From NCBI GenBank assembly GCA_013343275.1, contig CP046106.1, positions 576,001-640,000 of the forward strand: 64,000 bases of DNA. Direction: 5' to 3'. The position numbers were made by a program, and so were the translations under genes. Origin of the DNA: Candidatus Nanohaloarchaea archaeon (GTDB lineage Archaea; Nanohalarchaeota; Nanosalinia; Nanosalinales; Nanosalinaceae). The notes below the pieces were generated by a model that was not told the origin of the DNA, ran no database searches, and saw only the letters and a list, made by a program, of their open reading frames with translations. How positions within the stretch are numbered: position 1 is the stretch's first letter; each line of letters starts with the position of its first letter. This document shows positions 17,102 to 25,444 of this stretch, one piece after another.

Positions 17102-19645
17102 ATGGCCGCAGAAACAGAAACCGTGCAGAAAGAAGATGAAGGCAGGAAGGCCCAGACAAAGATCAACAAGGTCACCTGTAAAGGATTCAAGAGCTTCCAG
17201 AGAAAAACCTCAATACCGTTCTATAAAGGCCTTACAGCTGTTGTAGGGGAGAACGGTAACGGCAAGTCGAATATTCTGGATGCGATCAGTTTTGTTTTCG
17301 GCAAGAGGTCTTCTCAGCTCCGTGCAGAAAAGCTTGAGCAGCTGATTTTCAACGGTGGAGATAACCGTAAGGCCGCAGATCATGCTCATGTAACAGTTTA
17401 CCTGGACAATACCTCCGGAGTTTTCGATGAGTTTATCGAGGATGAAGAAGAGGGAAGCCCTGACGAAGTTACTGTAGGTCGCAAAATTACCCGTGCAGGT
17501 TCCTCCATGTACAAGTTCCAGGGCACTAACTGCAAGAGAAGCAAGATTGACGAATTATCTCGGAAGGCTGGTATCGATCCGGATGGATATCACTTTGTCA
17601 GGCAGGGCCAGATCACGGAGATCGTTGAGCAGAGCCCGACTGAGAGAAGGAAGATTATCGACGAGCTTTCCGGCGTGGCAGAGTTCGATGAGAAAAAGGA
17701 TGAGGCGATGGAGGAGCTTGAAGAGGTCGAGCAGAAGCTTCAGGAGCAGGAGATACTGCTTGATGAGAAAAAAGAATACTTGGAAAGTCTTGAAGATCAG
17801 AAAGATGCGGCGATAAAGTACAGGGAGCTCGATGAGCGGAAGGACAAGCTGCAGGCCTCTATCCTGGAGGTCCGTAAGAGAGCACTGTCTAACCAGCTGG
17901 CGAATATTAATACCGATACAGATGAGAAGAAGGAGAGGATTGAAGAACTGGAGGAAGAGCTGGAGGAGATAGATGAGGAGATCGATGAGAAACAGGCCCG
18001 TATAGAGGAGATCGAGGAGAGTCAAGGCGGTAATAATGATATTCAGCACCTTCAGAACAGGATTGAGAAGAAGGAGGGTAAGATCGAGAACAAGCGTGAT
18101 AAGGTCAAGGACCTGGAAGAGACGATCAAGGAGTTGGAGCGTATGCAGAACAACCGCAGCACAGGCTCCAAGGCAGTTGACGCAGTACTGAACATGGATA
18201 ACGATTCTGTCAACGGCATGTTCCAGGACCTTATCTCATACGAAGACCGATTCTCTACAGCCATCCAGACTGCGGCAGGAGGCCACATGAACGACGTCGT
18301 TGTGGAAGATAAGCAGACCTCTGTTGACATGATTAACTACCTGAAACGTGAGAACATCGGCCGGGCCCGTTTCCTGCCTCTGGACAAGATCAAGGACCGA
18401 TCAAAGTCCGCAAAAAGCCAGATGGCGAAGAAGCGGAAAGGCGTAATCGGCTATGCATCCGAGCTTGTGGACAACGACTCCAAGTTCGACAAAGCTGTCA
18501 GCAACGTTTTCTCCGATACACTTATTGCCGAAGATCTGGACTCCGTGAAAGATATCGATGGTGTCCGCGTGGTTACTCTTGACGGCGACGTCATGAGCAG
18601 AGGAGGAGCAATGACAGGTGGTAAGAAGAAAAGAAGTCGTTCCAGTTCCAGCAGCTCTTCTTCCGGCCGACTTGATCCAAAGAAGAAAAAGAAGGAGAAG
18701 GAAGAACTTGAGGACGAGATAGAGGACCTGCAGAAAGATATTGCCGAACTGAAAAACATGAAGGAACGCAAAGAAGAGGAAGAAGAGACTGATGAAGAGC
18801 TTCGTGAGGAGAAAAAGCAGCTGCGCGAAGATCTTAACGAGTTGAGGGATGAAAGGCAGGAGAAGTACTCTGAGAAGCAGAAGCTGAAGAGCAAGATCGA
18901 CAGCGTAGGCCAGAAGAAAGCCAATCTGAAAGCCGAACTGGAGAATGTGAAGGAGGACCTTGAGGACTTTGAATACGATGAAGATGAGCTCTCTCTGGAG
19001 GCCTCTCCTGAGGACCTGAAGAAGAAAAAGAAGAAGATTGTACGGAAGCAGAACAATATGGGGCCTGTGAACATGCGAGCCATCGATGAGTACAAGGAGA
19101 AGAAGGAGGAGTTTGAGGAGTTCAAGGAGAAGGTATCTGAGATCAGGCAGGAGAAGCTTGAGATCGAGGACTGGATCGAGGAGATAGAGTCAGAGAAACG
19201 CGAGCGATTTATGGATACCCTGGAAGACGTGCAGGACAGCTTCGAGGAGATATTCCAGAAACTGTTTGAAGGTGGCGAAGGCAAACTGGTTCTGGAGGAC
19301 GACGATATCGAGAAAGGCCTCCAGTTCAAGGTCGCACCTCCGGGAAAGGATCCGCATATCATTTCATCGCTTTCCGGAGGAGAAAAGACCATGACCGCGA
19401 TCTCCTTCATCTTTGCGATCCTGGAGTACGAGGAAAGTCCTTTCTACATCATGGACGAGATCGACGCCGCGCTTGACAAGGACAACTCCCGCAAGCTTTC
19501 TGAATTACTGAAGGATTACGCAGAGGACAACCAGTTCATAGTCATCAGCCACAACGACATCACTGTACGGCACGCAGAGAGGGCCTACGGAGTTTCGATG
19601 CGGGACGGCGTTACAAAGATGCGGAGTATCGAACTGGATGCCTAG
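17102..19645 (+). CDS. smc: Chromosome segregation ATPase Smc (short-arm form, 847 aa)
   Basis: FKSF, Walker A GENGNGKSN, QG Q-loop, hinge (GRARFLPL, VTLDGD...GAMTGG), GPVNMRAIDEY, LSGGE, MDEIDAALD, ISH. Confidence 0.95.
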   Translation: MAAETETVQKEDEGRKAQTKINKVTCKGFKSFQRKTSIPFYKGLTAVVGENGNGKSNILDAISFVFGKRSSQLRAEKLEQLIFNGGDNRKAADHAHVTVYLDNTSGVFDEFIEDEEEGSPDEVTVGRKITRAGSSMYKFQGTNCKRSKIDELSRKAGIDPDGYHFVRQGQITEIVEQSPTERRKIIDELSGVAEFDEKKDEAMEELEEVEQKLQEQEILLDEKKEYLESLEDQKDAAIKYRELDERKDKLQASILEVRKRALSNQLANINTDTDEKKERIEELEEELEEIDEEIDEKQARIEEIEESQGGNNDIQHLQNRIEKKEGKIENKRDKVKDLEETIKELERMQNNRSTGSKAVDAVLNMDNDSVNGMFQDLISYEDRFSTAIQTAAGGHMNDVVVEDKQTSVDMINYLKRENIGRARFLPLDKIKDRSKSAKSQMAKKRKGVIGYASELVDNDSKFDKAVSNVFSDTLIAEDLDSVKDIDGVRVVTLDGDVMSRGGAMTGGKKKRSRSSSSSSSSGRLDPKKKKKEKEELEDEIEDLQKDIAELKNMKERKEEEEETDEELREEKKQLREDLNELRDERQEKYSEKQKLKSKIDSVGQKKANLKAELENVKEDLEDFEYDEDELSLEASPEDLKKKKKKIVRKQNNMGPVNMRAIDEYKEKKEEFEEFKEKVSEIRQEKLEIEDWIEEIESEKRERFMDTLEDVQDSFEEIFQKLFEGGEGKLVLEDDDIEKGLQFKVAPPGKDPHIISSLSGGEKTMTAISFIFAILEYEESPFYIMDEIDAALDKDNSRKLSELLKDYAEDNQFIVISHNDITVRHAERAYGVSMRDGVTKMRSIELDA

Positions 19646-20076
19646 CTTTTCTTGGAAGCAGTAACAGATAATGCAATTAATAGTGCAAGCAATACCAGAG
19701 AAAGAGCTACAGATATCTCGGCATTAGGACTTCCAGATACACTGGCCGGGCCAAGCCAGTCCTCAAGAACCCCTATAGTACTTCCTACTAGTGCCAGACC
19801 TATGAAGAGTTGAGGCCTTAACTCCCGGTTTTCCTTCAATATCTCTCCCGCTACTGATCCAACCAGAGAAACCATCAGCACCGTACTCAGGAAGGCTATT
19901 AGCTGTGCAGGTCCAGAAACAGGTATTATTTTAGAGAAGAAACCTGCCGCAAGGCCTGATACTGCTGCGGCAAAGGCTATAGATAGTAGAACTGCAAATA
20001 TTACCTGCAGCTTTCTCATTGCTCTGTGAGCTAGCTCGGCACCTTTTCTAACTCTTGGATCAATTTTCTTCGGCAT
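19642..20076 (-). CDS. Hypothetical membrane protein (~4 TM)
   Basis: ATG 20076 (MPKKIDPR), four hydrophobic segments, downstream of and overlapping the PsiE-like gene. Confidence 0.6.
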   Translation of the reverse strand: MPKKIDPRVRKGAELAHRAMRKLQVIFAVLLSIAFAAAVSGLAAGFFSKIIPVSGPAQLIAFLSTVLMVSLVGSVAGEILKENRELRPQLFIGLALVGSTIGVLEDWLGPASVSGSPNAEISVALSLVLLALLIALSVTASKKS

Positions 20077-20584
20077 GGGACTTGTGATGAACCAGTTCTC
20101 TTCTCTCCTGTTTATGTACAACGTAGAAAGCAGCCACCAGGACGACAAGTATCAGCGAGTAGGCTGCGCCGGCAAGCAATGCATCAGTTTTAGTCGCGTA
20201 CGCCTCAACCCTGTAGGTGATCAGACTTCGGACAACACCAATTATTGCGACATCAACGACCAGTGGTAGAACCGCAAGGCCCTCAAGATGCGCTACCGAA
20301 GTCCTGAAAACCTCGACTATCAGGAAGAGAAGCAGTGCTGTTTCAAGAATTCCTATAATATTTGAGGGGTTGAAAATTGCTCCCGACATCATAGTCTGGA
20401 AAAGCATGACTGCCAGATCAAACACAGCAAAAGCAAATAAAACCAGCAAAATATATGCTACACCTAGCTGAAGATAGTTCATACCTCTCTCAGAGATCTC
20501 TGCAAGCCGTCCAACCATATCAGAGGACTCTTCATGTGTCTTCTCCACTGTTTCCTCAACCATCTCCTCCTCAGCTTCACTCAT
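20060..20584 (-). CDS. Phosphate-starvation-inducible PsiE-family membrane protein
   Basis: LLLFLIVEVFRT and AIIGVVRSLI motifs. Confidence 0.75.
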   Translation of the reverse strand: MSEAEEEMVEETVEKTHEESSDMVGRLAEISERGMNYLQLGVAYILLVLFAFAVFDLAVMLFQTMMSGAIFNPSNIIGILETALLLFLIVEVFRTSVAHLEGLAVLPLVVDVAIIGVVRSLITYRVEAYATKTDALLAGAAYSLILVVLVAAFYVVHKQERRELVHHKSHAEEN

Positions 20585-20707
20585 GGCAAAAAGATTAGCC
20601 TAACCAGAACTTAAATCTAAGGCCGCCAGTACCTGTTTATTTTAATGAGTTAGTACAAAAACTCAACACGGGGGCCAGATGAGGGGTAAACAGCAAGAGT
20701 TGTAATA

Positions 20708-21454
20708 ATGGATCAGTACGATATTCAGATGCTTGCAGAGCAGCCCTGGGAAGAAACACTTAACGCCTTGACAGCCGATATGCCTGCTGAGGAAGTAGAT
20801 ATATGTGTTCTAACAGACCGTTACAAGGAGTACATCGACCAGCTGCAGCAGTACGATCTTAAAGTACCGGCCCGCGCAATAAGAGTCTGCGCAGCGCTTC
20901 TAAAGATGAAAGCTACCGCAGTGTACTTTGAAGACGAAAACGAGCAGGAAGAGGAACCAATGGAAGATCCTATGGCCTTTGAAGATGAGGAAATGATGGA
21001 GGAGGATCAGGGCCGTGATCCTGATCTTGAGATGGGGCCTGAGCTTGATATGCCTGTTAAGGCGAAACCTAAGAGGCGTGTACAGCTTGAGGAGCTGAAG
21101 AGTTCTCTGCGTTCTGCGCTGGAGGTTAAAGAGCAGCGTGAGGAACGGCAGCAGGAAAGGGCCGAGATGGACGATGTCTTCGAGATGGATAAAGAGGATT
21201 TAACCAGCAAGATCGATTCTCTTTTCAACCGTATCAAAGGCATGATTTCAGAGGAGACCAAGGAAGAAGTCGAGTTCGAAAAGATCGTCGAATCAAATGA
21301 TACCGAGGAGAAGATCGAGAAGTTCAAACACATACTGCATCTTGAAAACGACAGGAAAGTAGATGTAATACAGGAAGAGTTCTTCGACGACCTCAAGGTG
21401 AGGCCGGAAGCTGAAAAACCTGGAAACGAGGACGAAAACTATGTTACAAACTAA
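20708..21454 (+). CDS. scpA: Segregation/condensation protein A (kleisin)
   Basis: VDICVLTDRY, AALLKMKA, RRVQLEELKSSL, F..ILHL..., QEEFFDDL. Confidence 0.88.
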   Translation: MDQYDIQMLAEQPWEETLNALTADMPAEEVDICVLTDRYKEYIDQLQQYDLKVPARAIRVCAALLKMKATAVYFEDENEQEEEPMEDPMAFEDEEMMEEDQGRDPDLEMGPELDMPVKAKPKRRVQLEELKSSLRSALEVKEQREERQQERAEMDDVFEMDKEDLTSKIDSLFNRIKGMISEETKEEVEFEKIVESNDTEEKIEKFKHILHLENDRKVDVIQEEFFDDLKVRPEAEKPGNEDENYVTN

Positions 21455-21464
21455 GTGATCAAAA

Positions 21465-21974
21465 ATGGAAGACGGAAAGAAAGCAAGACTGGAGGCCGCA
21501 CTGTATCTTTCAGAGGAGCCAGTAGACAGCAAAGAGATAGCAGATGTTCTCAACCTTGGAAGCATGGGATACGTAGATATGCTGATCGATGAGTTCAAGG
21601 AAGACCTCAAAGACGAGCACAGAGGATTTGAACTGATCGAGACGGACGCAGGCTACGAGCTGAAAGTCAAAAAAGACCATCTGGAACACGTATCACATCT
21701 AGCCCCGCACCAAGACCTCAACGAAGGCCAGCTCAGGACACTCTCTCTTATAGCATACAATGCACCGCTGGAACAGGCAGATCTCGTCGAAATCCGTGGA
21801 AACCGGGCCTACCAGCACGTAAAAGAACTAGTAAACCGCGGATTCATCGAGAAAGAGAAAGACGGCCGTACAGCAATACTAGACGTTACAAACTTCTTCC
21901 TGGACTACTTCGATATCGACTCAGTCGACGAGTTCAAGGAAGGCCTGGAAGAAGATATGGAGATAGAGGAGTAA
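21465..21974 (+). CDS. scpB: Segregation/condensation protein B (kite)
   Basis: LEAALYLS, LRTLSLIAY..P, LVEIRG, HVKELVNRGFI, T..FLDYF. Confidence 0.93.
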   Translation: MEDGKKARLEAALYLSEEPVDSKEIADVLNLGSMGYVDMLIDEFKEDLKDEHRGFELIETDAGYELKVKKDHLEHVSHLAPHQDLNEGQLRTLSLIAYNAPLEQADLVEIRGNRAYQHVKELVNRGFIEKEKDGRTAILDVTNFFLDYFDIDSVDEFKEGLEEDMEIEE

Positions 21975-21980
21975 AGAGAA

Positions 21981-22310
21981 CTATTCAAGGCCTGCATGTG
22001 AGCACTCCTCGACGTACAGCTCGAAGAAATCACCTGGTTCTCTGAGATCCTCTTTCTGAAGCAAGATATCTGCCGCAACCTCTCTCATCGCAGGATCTGC
22101 ACCAATGTAGGATTTGGAAGCTTCCAGACAGGCCTCGAAGATCTCTTCCTGCGAGCTTCTGTCGTCAAGGCCTTCATTGACTTCTGTCACCAGCTTCTCC
22201 GTTTTAAGATCCGGCTGCGCGTTCTCCAGAGCCTGATCAAAAATTTCTCTAACTGTTTTGGAACCTTTTTCCTCCCGAATATCTTTCTCTTTACTCCTCT
22301 GTTCGATCAT
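21981..22310 (-). CDS. Stand-alone ATP-cone-like protein (resembles the N-terminus of ribonucleotide reductase alpha)
   Basis: L.DRSSQEEIFEACLEAS.SYI..DPAMREVAADILL pattern matches ATP-cone helices (recognised from memory, no search run); GAGGTG upstream. Confidence 0.6.
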   Translation of the reverse strand: MIEQRSKEKDIREEKGSKTVREIFDQALENAQPDLKTEKLVTEVNEGLDDRSSQEEIFEACLEASKSYIGADPAMREVAADILLQKEDLREPGDFFELYVEECSHAGLE

Positions 22311-22361
22311 AATGTGGAACACACCTCTTCAGATATAGCAGCAGCTACAACAACCGCTGAT

Positions 22362-22410
22362 TTACTACATGTAGTGGTTAAGAAATGCTCCCTCCCCCGA
22401 CATGTAGTGT
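22362..22410. promoter_or_regulatory. Tandem NrdR-box-like palindromes flanking a TATA-like element
   Basis: TTACTACATGTAGTGG (22362-22377) and CCCCGACATGTAGTGT (22395-22410), centres 33 bp apart; minus-strand TTTCTTAA between them. Confidence 0.6.
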
Positions 22411-22525
22411 CTATCTGACTTTTTTCGATAGGTCAAATATAAACCCTGCCATGTTGAGGAAGAGCGAATAAGCTGAACATCTGAGAGTTCCTGTTATTTT
22501 AACAATTCGGAACCAAGTTCGAGTT

Positions 22526-24421
22526 ATGGAGTTAACCAGTCTAGACCTCTCAATACTGATGAAAGAGCTGAAGCAGCTGGAAAAAGGGTTTGTGCAGAAA
22601 GTATACCAGCGCGGAGAAGAACTAACGATAGAGGTTTACGTGCCAGGAGACGAGAAAAAGAGACTGGTGATCGGAACAGACAGATGCTTCATATCGAAAT
22701 ATAAGCGAGATAATCCAGAGAGACCTCCAGGTTTCTGCATGGAGCTGAGGAAACATCTGGGCCGTATCGACAGTATAGAGCAAAGCGGTTTCGATCGTAT
22801 ACTTGAGATAGATGCCGGCGACAAGAAGTTTATCGCAGAGATGTTCGGAAAAGGGAACTTCATACTTCTAGACGAGGGAAAAATAATTGGAGCTCTACGA
22901 GAACAGGAATGGGCCGATAGATCTATCAGAGTCGGAGAAGAATACGAATATCCCGAACCGACAGAGGATCCACGAGAGGTTGACGACTACTTCTCATTGA
23001 TGGACGAAGAAAGCGAAATAGTAAGAGATATAGCCTCCAAGCTAAGTTTCGGGGGAACATACGCAGAAGAACTGTGCCACAGAGCAGAAATAGAGAAAGA
23101 CACTGTAATAGAGGAACTCAGCGAGGATGAAAGAGACAGAGTCAGAGAGGAGATCGATAAAATACTGGAACAGGAAGACGAGATAAGGCCTGTACTGTAC
23201 ATCGATGAGCTCCCTGAGAGAGCTGCACCTTTCCCTCTGGAAAAATACGAGGACCTGGAAAGAGAGGAAATGGAGACCTTTTCCGAAGCTCTAGATGAGT
23301 ACTACTACCGCAGAACACGGCAGAAGAAAGAAAAAGAGAAGAAGGAGGCCTTCCAGGAGAAGCTCCAGGGACTGGAGGCTCAGAAAGAACAGCAGGAGCG
23401 CAAGCTGCAGGGCCTCCAGAAGTCGTCGGAGCAGAACCGGGAGAAGGCCGAGATAATTTATGAGAACTATCAGCTGCTTCAGAAGATCAAGGACAGCCTG
23501 GAAGAATCCATCGAAGAACACGGCTGGAAGGAAACCCAGGAGAAACTGAAAGAGGCCGAGACAGAGCTTTCTGAACACGTCAACTCGCTGAACGAAAGAG
23601 AAGAGTTTTTCTCAGTCAGCGTCGACGGTTACAGCATCAAACTAGAACCCGATGAGAGCCTTGAGGCAATTGCATCTTCCTACTACGACAAGGCCAAAGA
23701 TTCGGAGTCAAAGATGGAGAGCGTGGAGAAGGCCCTGGAGAAGACTCAGGAGAAGATAGATGAACTCAGCGAGGAAGAGTTCGACTACGAGGAGGAACTC
23801 GAGGACAAGTCACAGAAGCGGTCGAAAAAGTGGTTCGAGAAGTACCGCTGGTTCTACTCCTCAGAAGATTATCTGGTGATCGCAGGTAGAGACGCTCAGA
23901 CCAATGAAATGCTGGTAAACAAGCACATGGAAAACGATGATCTCTACTTCCACGCCGACTTTGACGGCGCACCCAGTGTCGTAGTCAAGGAAGGTCAGGA
24001 CTGCGGAGAGGCCACTCGTGAAGAGGCTGCGAAAGCTGCTGTCACGTTTTCAAAGACATGGAAAGCTGGCATAGGTGCAGACGATGTATACTACGTCGAT
24101 CCCGAACAAGTCACAGAAAACCCTGAATCCGGAGAGTACCTGCAGAAAGGTGCATTTGTCATTCGCGGCGAAAGAGAATACATGAGAAACATCTCAGTAG
24201 AGGCCTCAGTAGGAGCATACCAGATAGAAGACTCTCGGGTGCCGATGTGCGGCCCGGAATCAGCAATCTCCGAACACTGCGACGAATATATAACCCTACA
24301 ACCAGGCCACACCAAGAAATCAGAGATCGCCAAAAAGATACAGTCAGGCCTCAACAAAGATCTGGATCTCGACTACATAATCCGCTCACTACCGCCCGGA
24401 AAATCAGAAATCAAAAACTAA
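22526..24421 (+). CDS. rqcH: Rqc2/NFACT (NEMF) ribosome quality-control protein
   Basis: FCMELRKHL, FDRILEI, EMFGKGN, KKWFEKYRWF, GRDAQTNE, FHAD, GEYLQKGAFVIRG. Confidence 0.92.
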   Translation: MELTSLDLSILMKELKQLEKGFVQKVYQRGEELTIEVYVPGDEKKRLVIGTDRCFISKYKRDNPERPPGFCMELRKHLGRIDSIEQSGFDRILEIDAGDKKFIAEMFGKGNFILLDEGKIIGALREQEWADRSIRVGEEYEYPEPTEDPREVDDYFSLMDEESEIVRDIASKLSFGGTYAEELCHRAEIEKDTVIEELSEDERDRVREEIDKILEQEDEIRPVLYIDELPERAAPFPLEKYEDLEREEMETFSEALDEYYYRRTRQKKEKEKKEAFQEKLQGLEAQKEQQERKLQGLQKSSEQNREKAEIIYENYQLLQKIKDSLEESIEEHGWKETQEKLKEAETELSEHVNSLNEREEFFSVSVDGYSIKLEPDESLEAIASSYYDKAKDSESKMESVEKALEKTQEKIDELSEEEFDYEEELEDKSQKRSKKWFEKYRWFYSSEDYLVIAGRDAQTNEMLVNKHMENDDLYFHADFDGAPSVVVKEGQDCGEATREEAAKAAVTFSKTWKAGIGADDVYYVDPEQVTENPESGEYLQKGAFVIRGEREYMRNISVEASVGAYQIEDSRVPMCGPESAISEHCDEYITLQPGHTKKSEIAKKIQSGLNKDLDLDYIIRSLPPGKSEIKN

Positions 24422-24552
24422 AAAATTCTCCAGAGAGTTACCTCTTACCAGAAGCCACCCTGTGTGGCTTGTGATGATCGAACTTTCAGAAGTTCGGCGG
24501 GGTGCGAAACTCCTCTCGGAGTTTCTGTGCCCACAGAAAAGTTTGAATTTTT
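24421..24552. ncRNA. Candidate structured non-coding element directly upstream of tRNA-Pro
   Basis: Four stem-loops enclosed by an 8-bp inverted repeat AAAAATTC/GAATTTTT; family not recognised. Confidence 0.4.
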
Positions 24553-24553
24553 C

Positions 24554-24626
24554 GGCGGGGTAGTGTAGTGGACTATCATCGTACCCCGGGGCGGTACGGA
24601 CCCGCGTTCAAATCGCGGCCCTGCCA
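24554..24626 (+). tRNA. tRNA-Pro(GGG) with atypical C33
   Basis: GGCGGGG/CCCTGCC acceptor stem, GTACC-CCGGGGC-GGTAC anticodon arm, CCGCG-TTCAAAT-CGCGG T arm, A73. Confidence 0.88.
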
Positions 24627-25430
24627 TCAAATGATTTTTCTTTTCAAAACCCAGAGATGCTGTAGCGGGATATTCGCGAGAGCGTTCAGAGTGAACAGGT
24701 AAGGTCTGTGCAACCTGTCTTCTCGAGCTTTGAAGAAAAGTTTCTTCTGTCCAGAGAAGCTTGGAACGATCTCTGTGGCCTCCTCCAATTCGGGCGCATT
24801 TCCAGTAGTGAGAGCATAGCAGTTGTAGTACGACATTTTCTGCGCCTCCATCGCGTAGTCAACTGCCCTCTGTGAGAATATTCTGTAAACCGGCTGAGGT
24901 ACTGCGAGAAGCATGGAGTTAAACATGCTTCCGAAAAGCTGTGAAGGCCAGTGCCTTTCAGGTTCAAGTTTGCCCAGCCATTCTATATCAAGTTCAGAAC
25001 CATATATCGATTTCATCTGACCAAATATACCTTTAAGCAGCACTTCGTCTGCGATAAAGTAGTCGACAAAAAACGGTAAACCAAAAATTCTGTGGTGGAC
25101 AGGTTTCTTGAGCCTTTCCTGTGAAGTTACCTGCGTCCAGACAAATATGCCTGCTGCTCTCTCAAACCAGTACTGCCGGGAGGATACATCGAAAAACTGT
25201 CTCTCAAAATCAGCTATTTCTTTCTCAACCTGCTGAATAACCTCTTTATCTGGGTTTCCTTCCAGCACCAGCAGGAGATCCAGATCGCTTGATTCAGATA
25301 CTTCTCCACGCACGCCACTACCATATGCCTGAACAGAAGACACCTCATACCTTTCAACCACTTCAGACAGCTCTTCCAGATATTCTCGAGTTCGTTCAGG
25401 CAGCTGCAAATCAGATAAATCGAACTCCAT
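24627..25430 (-). CDS. Pol-beta superfamily nucleotidyltransferase domain protein
   Basis: YGSGVRGEVSESSDLDLLLV (GS...DxD) plus a C-terminal helical region. Confidence 0.8.
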   Translation of the reverse strand: MEFDLSDLQLPERTREYLEELSEVVERYEVSSVQAYGSGVRGEVSESSDLDLLLVLEGNPDKEVIQQVEKEIADFERQFFDVSSRQYWFERAAGIFVWTQVTSQERLKKPVHHRIFGLPFFVDYFIADEVLLKGIFGQMKSIYGSELDIEWLGKLEPERHWPSQLFGSMFNSMLLAVPQPVYRIFSQRAVDYAMEAQKMSYYNCYALTTGNAPELEEATEIVPSFSGQKKLFFKAREDRLHRPYLFTLNALANIPLQHLWVLKRKII

Positions 25431-25444
25431 AAGAAATCAACCTC

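Noticed and set aside
18451-19410. Long antisense ORFs (319 aa here; also 29726-30370, 32283-32966, 58826-59449 and many shorter ones)
   Set aside because: These are Ser/Phe/Leu-rich shadows of Glu/Lys-rich sense genes with no motifs.
24471-24525. Hammerhead-like core (GTGATGA...GAAAC...GTT) or HDV/theta-like ribozyme next to tRNA-Pro
   Set aside because: The core reads GUGAUGA, which breaks the C3-G8 pair, stem II does not abut GAAA, and no consistent P1/P1.1/P3 nested pseudoknot could be built on either strand.
24421-24552. 5S rRNA, SRP RNA or RNase P RNA identity for the structured spacer
   Set aside because: It lacks the 5S loop C (CCAUCCCGAAC), the SRP helix 8 GGAA motif and the RNase P GAGGAAAGUCC element.
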